Shown one piece after another: positions 34,913 through 47,610 of a stretch of DNA of 64,000 nucleotides (the first letter of the stretch is position 1; every line of letters begins with the position of its first letter). Source of the DNA: Mytilus trossulus (taxonomy: Eukaryota). The position numbers were made by a program, and so were the translations under genes. The notes below the pieces were generated by a model. That model was not told where the DNA came from. It saw only the letters and a program-made list of their open reading frames with translations, and did no database searches. The stretch is from assembly GCF_036588685.1 (NCBI RefSeq), contig NC_086373.1, positions 30,814,001-30,878,000 of the forward strand, written 5' to 3'.

Positions 34913-36498
34913 ATTTAATTAAAGATCATTAAAAAGGAAAACTCTTGTTTGATAAGATAGTATGGAAGTGAAGTGTAAAGAATAGAAAAATCAAAACTGT
35001 CAACAGAATCAAAAGAACCATTAAAAGCACGTAATCTATCTAAAACATCCAAAGTTTTTTTTACACTATAAAATTGTTAATTCCACTATGTTCATATATT
35101 GTATTACAATAGTTTATGATAATATAAGCTCTTTAACGGTAGTTAAGGAACTAGTTAAAAGCACTGAAAGATTAGTTGTTGAACACTAACTAGAGACCGA
35201 GATGGAACGATATTGACATGTTTTTGTGTAGTTCATGTAACCAATACATAGTCGAGAACTTCAAATGTTCAGAAGAACCTTATGATGGTTTTGTTGTGCA
35301 TCTATTGAGTTAAGCCATTCGCAATCGATTTTTACAAATTGTTCGTATGTTGTGCTGTTATATCAGTCACAGAGTATGGGGGTTGAGTGCTCACATACAT
35401 GTTCAAACCCGCCATGCTCTTCATGTGCCTGTCACAAGTCAGAAGTCAGTGTAATTTGTTGTTTGTTGGTGATTCATGTTTCATATATTTGTTTTTCGTA
35501 TATTGCATTGTTATAAATAATGCCGTCAGTTTTCTCGTTTGAATGGTTTCAAATTTTTAATGTGTAGGTCTTTTGTGGATGACAAATACGGTATTGGAAT
35601 TTCTCATTACGGTGATCTATAATTGCTTAACTCCTATAAAATTGAAAATTGAAAGTGAACACGTGGAAATCGTGTTTTTCAATGTTCGGGGGCGTTTTAT
35701 TTAAAAAAAAAAACAAAAAAAAACAAAAAACCAAACACACGTTACGTGGGAGTGTTATATTTTTAATAGAGTAACGTTCCTGTTAAAAGAAACAACACGG
35801 TGCTGTTCTCAAATTAATATGCATTATAAACATTCATAATTATAAATTACTTTATTAAACAATTGTTAGATATGCTGTTAATAATTGAAAATTCAGTTTA
35901 ATGTTGTGTTAAAATTGAGATTTGCTTTATGTAGAATTGCTATTGTTTGCATTTTTTTTATTTACACCAATGCAATTAGATTCTTTATATTGCAAATCTG
36001 AACACACACAGCAAAAAAATGCTTGAATTAATTATATTTGTCACTATAACAACAACTGAACAATATTTCAAAGTATTTCTTATGTTGCACTAAAACACCA
36101 CTGTTTTATATTAGGGGAGGGTTAAACACTCACATATATTTTTCAAACCCCACCACATTATGTATTTCTGTCTTGTGTAAGGAATGTGTTATTCAGTGGC
36201 TAATTTTGGTTGTAGGTGGGGTTTTTTTTTTAATTGTTCTGTTATAAATCAGGTCGTTGGTTTCCTCGTCTGAATTGCTTCATTTGTTTCATATCAGGGT
36301 ATTTCATTGCTCTCTATATACGTTAGGATTTTAACCTTTGTTTGAAGGCCGTTACAGTGATCTGTGATATTAGCTTGCATCTACCTCATTTGGTCTTGAT
36401 TGGACTGTTGTCTCAATGCCAATCATACCACATCTCCTTGTTTTCATGTTGAAATTAGTGATGCTGCCTTTAAAACAAGAATTTATTTTTTCTAAATT

Positions 36499-37831
36499 GA
36501 CACTCATGGACGAATTCAAACTATACATGATATATGCAAAACATGAAGATTTCCAGATTTTATTGTACTTTTCGAATCATCGTACGGCTTGATCAATATA
36601 TACAGTTCGCCAAAAGTTAAGCACCACCTTTTTTTTATTGCACCGAATTTTTTTTTCAAATTCAAAAAAATTAATATTCCTCGAATAAAAGAAAACATTA
36701 ATGTAGCAATTTTGCTAACATATACGTGTATCATAAACAAATCACAAATATAATTTTGGTCACTTATGGAGGTTCTAGGCATTCATGTTTTGCTTTAATA
36801 AAAATAGACTAGTGTAAATTACACAAATCAGAAACGGAATTTAAGTTTCATTGTGATTTTATTTTTTTACAACAATTAATCATCCAATATCATTAAAATT
36901 TTCTACACATAGTCTTTGGTATGTTCGGCAAATTTAATGTCAATATTTGTTCCAATAGGATGTGTAACAACCTCTCTTCAAGACCGGTATAGTTCCATAA
37001 CACGACGGCTCAAACTCGGAACACTTCAAAACTTTAGTTCAGGATATCTCTTTCATTATCAACAATTGCAACTTTTAAATCGACAAAATTTTGTGAAGGT
37101 GGATTTCTGCATTTGAAATTTCTGCCAATGGCATCCTAGACATGTTCGATAGGGTTTATGTATGGAAACATGGAAGGCCAAAAGATAGAATAAATAGTAA
37201 TTTGCTCTTTGGACTCGGTTACAATCCTTGTCCTGTGTGGTCTAGTGTTGTCGTCCATGTACAAGGGCCTTGAACATGTTGATGCAAGTGGAGAATTATC
37301 AAAATGATGGACTACAATGCTTATAGGCACCAAATATCTGTAAGTCTGTCCGTTTATGTTACCCTGCAGAATATGCAAAACACAGCTTATAACGGTATAA
37401 GAAGCAACGCCGTACTGTAACATCACCAGCACGGAATGCAGTCATTAGGCAAATGTAATTTGGGCAAAGGCCGTTTTATTTCCCCGCGAAACTCGTATAA
37501 TGACATCTACGGGTCGTAACAGGCACCGACTCTCATCTGACGAATGAGTATCCTGACAGCTTCTCGTGTTAAAGCATCGATAGTCATTATCCCATTGAAA
37601 CTTGCCTGTCTGTTAGGGCAGGTCTCTTGACAACACAACTTGGTCCTCGGGTCTTTCTATGAAGCCGACGGACCAATATTCGAACACTAAACCGACCAGC
37701 CGGAGAAACAATATTGTTTTTCAATAGGATTTTACACAATCTCGATATACTACCACCTAGTTTATTAACTCCTCATTTTATTTTATTTTTGATTATTTGA
37801 AAATTCTTAATGCATTTACTCCATTGGCGTA
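36499..37831 (-). mobile_element. Decayed Tc1-like transposon (transposase remnants ~36955-37720)
   Basis: YMDDNTRPHRTRIV...WPSMFPYINPIEHV resembles the DDNARPH...WPxxSPDLNPIEH motif, with a C-terminal RGCYTSY. The ends are degenerate and approximate. Confidence 0.75.
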
Positions 37832-37835
37832 TTCT

Positions 37836-37974
37836 ACTTTTTGTGTTGAGGATCATATGTGGGTCGATTAAAGACAATATTCCCATATGAAGTTACAGAG
37901 GACACAACACTTTGGGTTTTAAGGTTGTTTGAAAATAGTCGGAAATAATTGAGAAAAAAACAAATTTTAAGGAT
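37836..37974 (+). pseudogene. Relic exon fragment of an additional tyrosinase paralogue (homologous to Tyr-B 41184-41317)
   Basis: Reads TFCVEDHMWVD/(1-nt deletion, TAA)/KTIFPYEVTEDTTLWVLRLFENSR versus Tyr-B TFCVQEHLWVDSKKIFPYEVAEDTSRWVLRLFEKGR. Confidence 0.85.
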
Positions 37975-38494
37975 TATTATTATTATTATTATTAACTTTA
38001 TTTCCTCTTATACAGAGATTATGTCATAACATATATACACATTAGAACAAAATACAAAAAACAAACATATTGTGTTTTGTTTGTCTCGCTACGCTCGGTG
38101 ATATATCCTCAATTTTATAAAATTAATACCCCCTTTCAAATCCCTTTAATCCGCCTTTATACTATTAAAGATAGACATATGAAATAATAGAGTTTTTAAA
38201 AGGTGTTAACTTTTACGAAAAAATATTACTTTATCTAAGAAAAAGAATTCTGTAGTCAAATATACAAATAATAAAGGTATGATTTTCACAAATGCATATA
38301 TAATGTATTGTGTAAAGAATTTGAACAAAATTTAAAAAACTATACTTTGTAGTGGAAAATTAGAATGCAGTTATACTCATAATGGCATTGCGAAAATAAT
38401 ATGAACCATATGTTTCTTCAAAAACTCCTTTCAAAACCAATATTGTTTTTTTAACAAAAGAAATGCATTTATCCATCAGCAAATTGTTAACCTT

Positions 38495-38500
38495 TATAAG
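38495..38500 (+). promoter_or_regulatory. Candidate TATA box of Tyr-B
   Basis: TATAAG lies ~35 bp upstream of the ATG-containing micro-exon at 38534. Confidence 0.4.
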
Positions 38501-38533
38501 AACTAACGATTCTTGTTTGTAAGTAGCTTGTCG

Positions 38534-41500
38534 ATGGTAGAGAAAATGAAGGTAAGTTTGACATAAATTAACATTGATATTGTCATAATTATTAATTAAC
38601 ATTTTACAAAACTTCGATTTTTTTAAATACTTAGGCATCTTCTAAACCAGGAATAGATCACCTTAGCTCTATTTGTCAAAACATTTGTTCCTCAATACTC
38701 TTCGACTACGAACTTTATGAGTCATTTCTTGGCGAAACGCGCGTCTGGCGCAAATACAAAATTTCAATCCTGGTATCTATGATCATATAAAAAAGAAGAT
38801 GTGGTATGATTGCCAATGAGACAACTGTCCACAAGAGACAAAAATGACACATACATTAACAACTACATGTCACCGTATGGCCTTCAACAATAAGCAAATC
38901 CCATACCGCAAAGTCAGCTATAAAAGGCCCCGATAAGACAATGTAAAAAAAATTCAAACGAGAAAACTAACGGCCTTATTTATATAAAAAAAAATGAACG
39001 AAAAACAAATATGTAACACATACACAAACGACAACCACTGAATTACAGGCTCCTGACTTGGGACAGGCTTATACATAAATAATGTGGCGGGGTTAAACAT
39101 GTTAGCGGGATCCCAATCCTCTCCCTTACCTGGGACAGTGGTATAACAGTACAACATAAAAACGAACTATAAAAATCAGTTGAAAAAGACTTAACTCGTC
39201 AGATGGACAAACATACAAGTGGACGTGGCCGGGTACTTATACATCCCGACACAAAAAGACACAATGAACATATCTGAGAGTACTCGCAGTTATCTGACAG
39301 CTAGTTCAAAGCCACTAACAACTTATAAAAAAATCATGCATCTAAGACTAAACTATCAATCTGTACACATCCAAAATCCAACGGGTTTAGTGTAAAGACG
39401 TCATAAACAGCCTTTTTTTTTTTTATTGACAACATTTTTTAAGTTTTCATCTTGCACAAAGACGGTAAAACTAGATTGAGCATGTATTCCTTTTCAAGCA
39501 AGTGTAAAAAAAACATAAAGGAAGATATACTTTAAAAATGAACAATGATTAAAGAGGACATTGGTTTACAAGAAAGAGGAAACGAAAGTAGAAAATTGAA
39601 ACCTATCATAAATTGTCAACTTGCAGAAAAAAACATCTTTTCTTGAAATCACCATGACAGATTCTGAGTGGGGAAGACAGCGTCCCCCTTTGATCGGAAA
39701 ATACATCATTTGGGGCATATCGTTAAAACAATTAGATTAACTATTTAGGAAAATAACTCCCTTTTCTAGAACATTGTCAAAACATTTGTTTGACTGAAAC
39801 GAAAGGAAAAAATGAACATATATTGTATGAACGCTATTTTTTTTTTTACTGAAGATAATATTTTTACCTCTATATGTCTGTTCATTTCGAATGGCAGTAT
39901 AAATTGATAGCATGTTTACATGAGGAAGACAAAAACAAATTTAAGAAGAAAAAAGCATATGAATTGACGCTAATAAATACGATAAGTTTGTTCGTTCCTT
40001 TGTTTTTGTTTGGTTTTTTTTCTTTTAAATGCCACTTTCAGTTACCTTACTTATATCATAATGGCTAGTTTTATTGATGAAGGTAGTCAGGATACCAAGA
40101 GAGAATCAAGGACTTAGATATAGGAAGATGTGGTGTGAGTGCCAATGAGACAACTCTCCATCCAAATAACAATTTAAAAATTAAACCATTATAGGTTTAA
40201 GTACGGCCTTCAACACGGAGCCTTGGCTCACACCGAACAACAAGCTATAAAGGGCCCCAAAATTACTAGTGTAAAACCATTCAAACGGGAAAACCAACGG
40301 TCTAATCTATATAAACAAAACGAGAAACGAGAAACACGTATATATTACATAAACAAACGACAACTACTGTACATCAGATTCCTGACTTAGGACAGGTGCA
40401 AACATTTGCAGCGGGATTAAACGTTTTAATGGGCCCAAACCTTCTCCCTTTTTCTGAAACAATAGCATAACATCACAACATAGAAAAACATACGATAAAA
40501 TATCAATTGGCAGACTTAACTCAATCAAAAACGTACTTGTCAATTAAGATCGGGATCGAACGAACCTGATCACCAACAGAGTCGTTACTCGCAACATCAG
40601 AGGTGACAAACTATTGTAGATGAACTGGTTAAATGAAATAGCCATGAGGATCGGGGGGGGGGGGGGAGTGTTATTCTGTAAACATTTAATTTTCACCCCT
40701 TTTTTCTCTAATCATAAAAAAAGGACCCCTTTTTTTTTCTCTAATCTTCAAAAATTAGACCACGCATTTCTCTAATTTTCATTTTTTTTGCCCGTTATTC
40801 TCTAATCTCAATTTTTTAAGGGCATTATTCTCTAATTAGTTAACCCCATCCAAACCCTCAGCCATTGAGACCCCACGATATCTAACGATAATTTCATAAG
40901 TATAATCATGATATTGCGTTGTAGTTAATGTTGATATTGTTGCTGATGGTGTTAGTACTTGGTTGTTGTTGTCGAAGTTGTTATATTCTATATTTCTTAA
41001 ATTTTATATTCATAGATATTGTTAGTACTAACTAACCAGCTGATCTTATTAATTGCCATCCTTTCAAAATATGGTGGCGAGGCAAACATCTACCAAATGC
41101 CACTTCCGGCCCACTTGATCTCTTGTTTAAAGAATCGAACTTATGGTATCAGCCCAACGGAATATCCAGGTGAAGATGTTACAACGTTTTGTGTCCAGGA
41201 GCATCTATGGGTCGATTCAAAGAAAATATTCCCATATGAAGTGGCAGAGGATACATCACGTTGGGTTTTAAGGTTGTTTGAAAAAGGTCGGAGGGAGAAA
41301 GAGCAAATTTTGAGGATAAGAAAGGAATATAGAATGTTAACAAAAAGCGAGCGAAACGATTATCATAGGGCTGTACAATTATTGAAAAAAGACCAGGTAT
41401 GTTCTGTGAAACAATCAAATGTAAATACAAATATATAAAAGCATCCTAAAATATATATTCATAAGAACTAAGAACAGACTCATCATAGATACCAGGACTA

Positions 41501-44500
41501 AATTAGTATATTAATACGCCAGACGCGCGTTTCGTCTACAAAAGACTCACCAGTGACGCTCGAATCCAAAAAAGTTAAAAAGGCCAAATAAAGTACGAAG
41601 TTGAAGAGCATTGAGGACCAAAACAGAAACATTCTATACATACATATCAACTCTTTGTAAAATTTGTTCCTTTAGTAAACACACATGATTGCAATTTGTT
41701 TTTAGGAGAGAAGCCATGCACTTAAAGTATGATTCACCATGATAATAGAAGTTAAAACCTGAATTCGAAAAAAATAAACAAACTAAGGTCATAATAACAA
41801 TTCAAATTCAATTCAAATATTTATTTTCGTATAAACTCTGAACAATAAGTTTGTGACAAATAACATAGACAATTTAATTGTTAAAATGTATAGCAGTTAC
41901 TCGTTTCTCTCTCTTTTTTCTTAAAAAGATTAGACATTGGATTTACTGTTTAAATGGTTTACACATGTCTCTTGGGGTGTTTGAGTTTGCTGTTCTTTGT
42001 TAGCCAAAGTTCCGTTGCATTTTGTCGTAATTATAAACGAGGAAAGAAAAACTAGATGTTGGCTAATGCAAACTTAACATATTCGTATTTATCTGTTATA
42101 AGAGACTAAACATAACAAGTTCATTGAATGCATGATGATTTGTTTGTGGAATTTTTCTTTTTACGAATTACATTACGAATTTCCTTAGCTTAATCCAAAT
42201 TAGTGTAATGTACTAAATACTTGTTTTGTGTGGAAAAAAATACTTTATTTCAATGTGGAATATTTGTGTAAAAGGTTGAGTAGTCAGATGTAAAAGTCTT
42301 TTTACATGAGGATATGTGTTTTAGTTTATGTGATTTTGTTTTATTTAAGAGTGGATATCTGCGCCCCTACAATTGGCAGTTAACCGGCTCAGCTTACCTG
42401 ATTTCCATTCTGTTTGCCTGTATTTCACGTTCTCTTGGTTTTATGACTGGATTTTCCAATTGTTCCTATTCTTGATAATTAAGCTCATATTTTGTTTTTG
42501 TTTTATTTTGTTGACTTTGTAAAATCTATCTTCAAAGACCGATTTCGACATTCTTTTTTGAAAGACTTCCATCTAACCCTCCACCTTTGCTGGTTCTTAT
42601 AGAAGTCTTGCCTTCTTTTGATCTTGCTATTTTATTGTATAATTAAAACTTGTCATTTCTTGTTTTTCATAGAGTGTATTGCCAAATAAATACGATGCTA
42701 TAGTTAATTTTCACCGTGGAGACGCCATCGGAAGTGCACATTTTGGTCCAGCGTTCCCCGGATGGCATCGAATTTTTTGTTTGATGTAAGTAATTTTAAA
42801 TGCTAAACAACTAAGTATTAATATTGTTTCTTTTATTAAGACCGCATTCGAAGTAAGAATTGAAAAAAAGTAAAATTGAACTTTTGAACAGCAGTTATAC
42901 AGTAGTAATGCTATTGAAATAAGAGTTGACTGCATGTCAAATAATTCAAATACATGTGTATTCAAACCATTGCTATATGCCGTTAACAGTGTTTCTTATT
43001 CTTTTATCAACGCTGATTTTTTTCTTACATTTTATCCAGCAAATTAATCAGTTTGTAAAGCCTTATTGACTCATTTCGAAAAAGAAACTATCAAACAACA
43101 AAAAAACTTCTAAAAAAAAACCGGTTTAAGACAATCACTTATCGTGCGATTTATTTTTATAAATTGGTGGCAATTCCATCTGATTTTTAAACATTTAATT
43201 TATCTTCATGAATAAATAATTACTACAATTGTAAATCAAAATGACGCTTTGATAAAGACCAATCCTTGATATTTCAGAAACTTAATTATATACTTGGACA
43301 TTTGTCACATCAACATTTAATTTTAAAAGAAACAGTCATATTGGCGTTGGTTCCTTTTTAAAAAGTTCCATTATCCTTGCGGTCTCATGATAATATTTCT
43401 TCTTTGCATTTACATACGTAGTAATATTTTCGAAATTCTAAGAAGTATTAAGTCAGTGTAGTAATCTTCAACTAAAATAAAGGCAACAGTAGTATACCGC
43501 TGTTCGAAATTCATAAATCGATAGAGAAAAAACAAATCCGAGTTACTAACTAAAACTGAGTAAACGTATCAAATGAAAGAGAACTGCGACACTACAGAAA
43601 CACCACATTAAAATGCAACGCACACAGAAACGAACTGTAATATAGCAATGACCATTTTCCTGACTTGGTACAGGGCATTTTAAGAAAAAAAGGGGGTCAC
43701 TGAACCTGTGGCATACCAAACCTAAGTAGTTTTCATACAGAATAAATCTAACAGATACAAATCATCTTTAATGCCAAAGAATTTCATGCATTCAATACAA
43801 AATACAATTTTGTTTAACTATTTGTTCTCTTTTTCGTATTATTAGAACTGTTTATTTGTCCAATAACTTACAATAGTACGACACGTGCTTTTTTTAGATT
43901 CGAGGAAGCATTAAGGGAAATCATACCTACTGTTACCCTTCCGTATTGGGATTCTACGTTAGACAGTGAAATGAAAAACCCAGAAGATTCTATCATATTT
44001 TCAAAATTATTTATTGGAAATCCCGATGGCTTAGTGACTGATGGGCCATATGCAAACTGGCATCACGATAAAGGAGGTCTTCTAACTCGCAATGTTGGAG
44101 CAGTTGGTCGACCATTGGATAAAAAAGACTTGGAAAATATATTGTCCAGAAGATATAATCATGAAATATTAAATCCTACCGCCAAGGAACTTAAATATAA
44201 CTTAGAAAATCATCATGGAAAAGGTCATAGCTTCGTTGGTGGTAACATGGGTCGTTTGAGATCTGCTGCAGAAGACCCTTTATTTTTTAGTTACCATGCA
44301 TTTATTGATTGCATATGGGAAAAATTTCGCATTCAACAAATGTCGAATGGTATTGACCCTTCAAAAGACTATCCAAACACCAATGACCCGTTACAGCATC
44401 CTTACAGGTTAATGGACGGATTTATACATCAGAATTATACAAACATAGATGGTTATAGCCATCACTTTACACGGGATATCTATACTTGTCAGGAATTTCC

Positions 44501-45284
44501 AACTTGTAGCCCGGAATATCCAGACTGTGGATCATTTTGGTTATTCTGTGATCAGACAAAATGGGTCTGCATCTCGAAAAGCTACAAAGAACATCTCAAC
44601 CATTTAGATTCTACCCCTGTAGTTCTTAATACAGTTCAAAACAGATTTGAGATAAACGGACGGGCGGACATGGACGCTTGGGTGTATTTAACTGTTAAAG
44701 TATATGTAACGCGACCACCAACAGTTAACTTCAAATCATATGCGATACGAGATGGTAAAGCGTCAAGCACTGATGTGTTCTCTGCATCTCATTATCAAAT
44801 AATGAGCGACAAAATACATCCGGGGAATCCAAAATCTTATTCAAGACGTAGATTTAATGGCTCTGGGATGGAGAAGATATTTATTCAAACAGACGGCTTA
44901 AACTACGACGGAACGTCACTAGAATACGCCATAATAGATGAAAGATTTGCTATGGCTGAGGGAATAACATATGTTCCAGTGAAAAACCCCGGCTATGGCG
45001 TAACAAAGGTTCTTCTTACAGCATTTGATTCCGGTGGAAGATTGTGTAGACCGTTCTGTAAGCGTTCCGATACAGGTGAGTTCGAGCCATGCTCGGGTGC
45101 TGTTGCCATTGATTCATCCAGTCCTCTGATGTTTGGGGAAACATATGCTGATAACATTCTTAGTCGATATGAGTTTAAACAGGAATTCCCTTACTCACAA
45201 GATCGAGGTATATTCATTATATACTATTGCGACTTTCAAGAGGTTTGGCCATGGGATATGTCTTGGAGTAAAGATAGTTGCTGA
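38534..45284 (+). CDS. Tyrosinase/catechol oxidase-like type-3 copper protein B (secreted), ~628-632 aa; exons 38534(or 38546)-38551 (inferred), 41016-41396, 42673-42785, 43898-45284
   Basis: The 381+113+1387-nt exons join in frame (phases 0 and 2). CuA (NFH, AHFG, FPGWHR), LPYWD, CuB (HHGKGH, DPLFFSYH). Exon 41016 starts at an acceptor without an ATG, and ATG-GTA-GAG-AAA-ATG-AAG|GTAAGT supplies a phase-0 start (this first exon has ~0.65 confidence). AATAAA overlaps the stop (45284-45289). Confidence 0.9.
38558..38784 (+). mobile_element. Degenerate retrozyme-type repeat (only the 3' half of the hammerhead, GAAACGCGCGTCTGGCG, remains)
   Basis: Aligns with 16530-16722 and with the reverse complement of 25670-25852. 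The CUGAUGA/stem II region is lost. Confidence 0.7.
38788..39410 (-). mobile_element. Penelope-like element 3' region (uninterrupted copy of the family at 28633)
   Basis: High similarity to 28633-29040 + 29790-29920 + 30675-30760. Shorter decayed copies lie at ~35300-35620, 36050-36440 and 57800-57872. Confidence 0.75.
40646..40859. mobile_element. MITE with GAG...CTC ends, 6-bp TSD AGCCAT and internal TTCTCTAAT repeats
   Basis: AGCCAT|GAGGATCGGGGG...CCCCATCCAAACCCTC|AGCCAT. Confidence 0.7.
41478..41622 (-). mobile_element. Retrozyme-type repeat; hammerhead (41516-41560) with core mutation CUGGUGA
   Basis: Reverse complement reads GCGTCA CTGGTGA GTCT TTTGT AGAC GAAA CGCGCG TC TGGCGT. Confidence 0.8.
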
Positions 45285-45524
45285 ATAAAATAAAATATGA
45301 GATGGTTAGCATTTTTTATTGTATATCTTAGATAAAAGATGGATACCATACCAGTGAGGATTTTAAGAACTATTAGCCGAAAGAAAACAGACAATTCCAT
45401 GTTCATAAGAAAAACAAAACATGAAAAAGAAATCAACAGCTATCTAAACACTATACAAACAATTAAGGTAGCACTTCACAGTTAGGCGTGTGGTTTCGCA
45501 TTTTGGCCCCCGTACATTTTTCCA

Positions 45525-47610
45525 ATTCCATATATACCAATTCTTTATTTACACTCAGACACAAAATATGTGTAACATGAGGACAAATTACAAATCAAAT
45601 ACAACAAATGACAGAATAGACAGGTAACTATCAACAAAAGAGTAATTTCTAAAGATAATAAAACTTGTAAGATACATGCATCTTTCTAAATGAAGGTAGA
45701 TAGCTTCTTGATAAATATAGCTAGATTATACAATAACTGACAGTGACACAATGACAGCATATTTTGCATTTTCAGTACAGATGGGTATGCTGCATAATAT
45801 TTCGGTATATATTTCTTCCGAAGTTCAGTAATAGTACTATTATTACATACATATAAATAATGGTATTCATCACCAATACATGATTCATTACATAAGATAC
45901 ATATGCGATCTGTCCTAGCGATGTTGTACCATCTGCCAGTTTCCATAGGGATTTTTTAGGTTACATGTTCTCAATTTTGAAATCCAGATTCTTTTATCCT
46001 CTGGGAGACGTAATAGATAATTTTCCAGACCAAATTCAGATTTAAATAACTTATAATATTCGCCACGAGACGAGTTATCGATAGTACTGAACCATTTTTG
46101 AAGAAACTGATCCTGAAGAATCTGTTTTATAACAGGTTTGATGGTTGAATAATCAATGTTTTGATTGAAAAACATATAACCTAATCCTGAGTTGTCAAAT
46201 ATAGATTTTACAAATGACACCCATTTAAATTCACAAATACCATCAGCATGTAGTTTGAAAATAAGCTTATACATAGAACTACTCAGTTTGTTTTCATTTT
46301 TAGCCATTCTGCTCCAAAACGATAACATTCTTAATTTTACTTTAATTTCAAGTGGAAACCTTCCTAATTCTCCATATACCATGAAATTTGGAGTACTTGA
46401 TCTCACATTTAAAATTCTCTTGCAAAATTGTAGATGAACTTTTTCAATTATATCAATTTTTTCAAATCCCCATATTTCTGATCCATACAATAAAATAGGT
46501 TCGACAAGATAATCAAACAGTTTGAGTTGTAGGTCAATAGGTAAATGTAAATTTCTAATCTTTGTATAAACAGCAAAAAGTGCTTTTTGCGACTGTTCTA
46601 CAAGCTTTTTCTTTGCACAAACAAATGACCCATTATAATTAAGCAAAAGACCAAGATATGTATAGCTATCTACAATTTCAAGAGATGTACCATCAAGTTT
46701 AAAATCATTATCCATTTTCGTTTTTCTTTTGCTAAAAACCATCACTTTAGTTTTACCAATATTCACACCAAGTTTCCACATTTTACAATAGTTTTCAAAA
46801 ACTTTGAGAGCATTTTGCATTTCATCATAATTATCAGCAAAAATAACTGTGTCATCTGCATACAACAAAAATTTCTAAAAATACATGTAATTCATTATAA
46901 CATTTTTCTTTAATTAATTCTAGAGGTAAAACATAAAGTTCTCTAAAGTAATCTTCTAAGTCATTTAAGAATATGGAAAACGAACTCCAATCATACACGG
47001 GAAGAAATCTGATATCGTATTGTTGTATTGAACACATGATTTGATATTAGTATACATATTATATATAACTTGGAAACATTTTCCTTTTATCTGGCTTTTT
47101 TGTAATTTAAACCAAAGTCCAGTTCTCCAGATGGTATCAAAAGCCTTTCTAAAATCTACGAATGTACAAAACAATTTTTTACCAAAGGACAAATACAATG
47201 AAACAAGTACATGTATGACAAATATATTGTCTGTAGTTGAATGCCCTTTCCTGAAACCGGCTTGATTTTTAGAGATCAATTCCAGTTTATTAGAAAAGAA
47301 ATTCAGTCTTTCGTTTATAATCGAAGTGAAAAGTTTACCCAGACAACTAATGAGTGTTATTGCTCGAAAGTTGTCAGGATCTTGTGGATTTCCTTTATTC
47401 TTAAACACCGGCTTAATTATACCCAGGAGCCAACTATCTGGGATAATACCTGTGTCTAGCACAATGTTAAAAAGTTTACAATACATTGAGATAAACTCAG
47501 GTGGGGTGTTTTTAAGGTATTCGTTAAGAATACTGTCAATCCCAGGTGCTTTACTATTTTTCAATTTTTTAATAGCTTCAGCAACTTCTGTCTGGGTTAT
47601 AATCCCATTT
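45525..47610 (-). mobile_element. 5'-truncated, inactivated LINE (CR1/L2-group-like) ORF2 reverse transcriptase plus 3'UTR
   Basis: KAPGIDSI, NFRAITLIS, NQAGFRKG, FVDFRKAFD, LYADD, YTYLG and the C-terminal ETGRW..RICILCN..IGDEYHY are split over ORFs 46965-47666, 46852-47037, 45915-46868 and 45686-45946. AATAAA near 45549. Confidence 0.9.

Larger units (their letters stand above)
28633..35290 (-). mobile_element. Decayed Penelope-like retroelement (RT ~35290->30860, 3' region to 28633) split by five nested insertions
   Basis: Collinear RT remnants: YCNTIYEHSGINN, FDFSILYTSLP (~34950-35020), YICYNSFKAF, YRQVVGIPMGTNCAPLIADLFLYCYE (31359-31610), QGFR. The 3' region matches the uninterrupted copy at 38788-39410. 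Confidence 0.8.

Noticed and set aside
40060-40090. ATGGCTAGTTTTATTGATGAAG|GTAGT as the Tyr-B first exon
   Set aside because: It is phase 1, incompatible with the phase-0 acceptor at 41016, has a weak donor, and lies in a SINE-like repeat.
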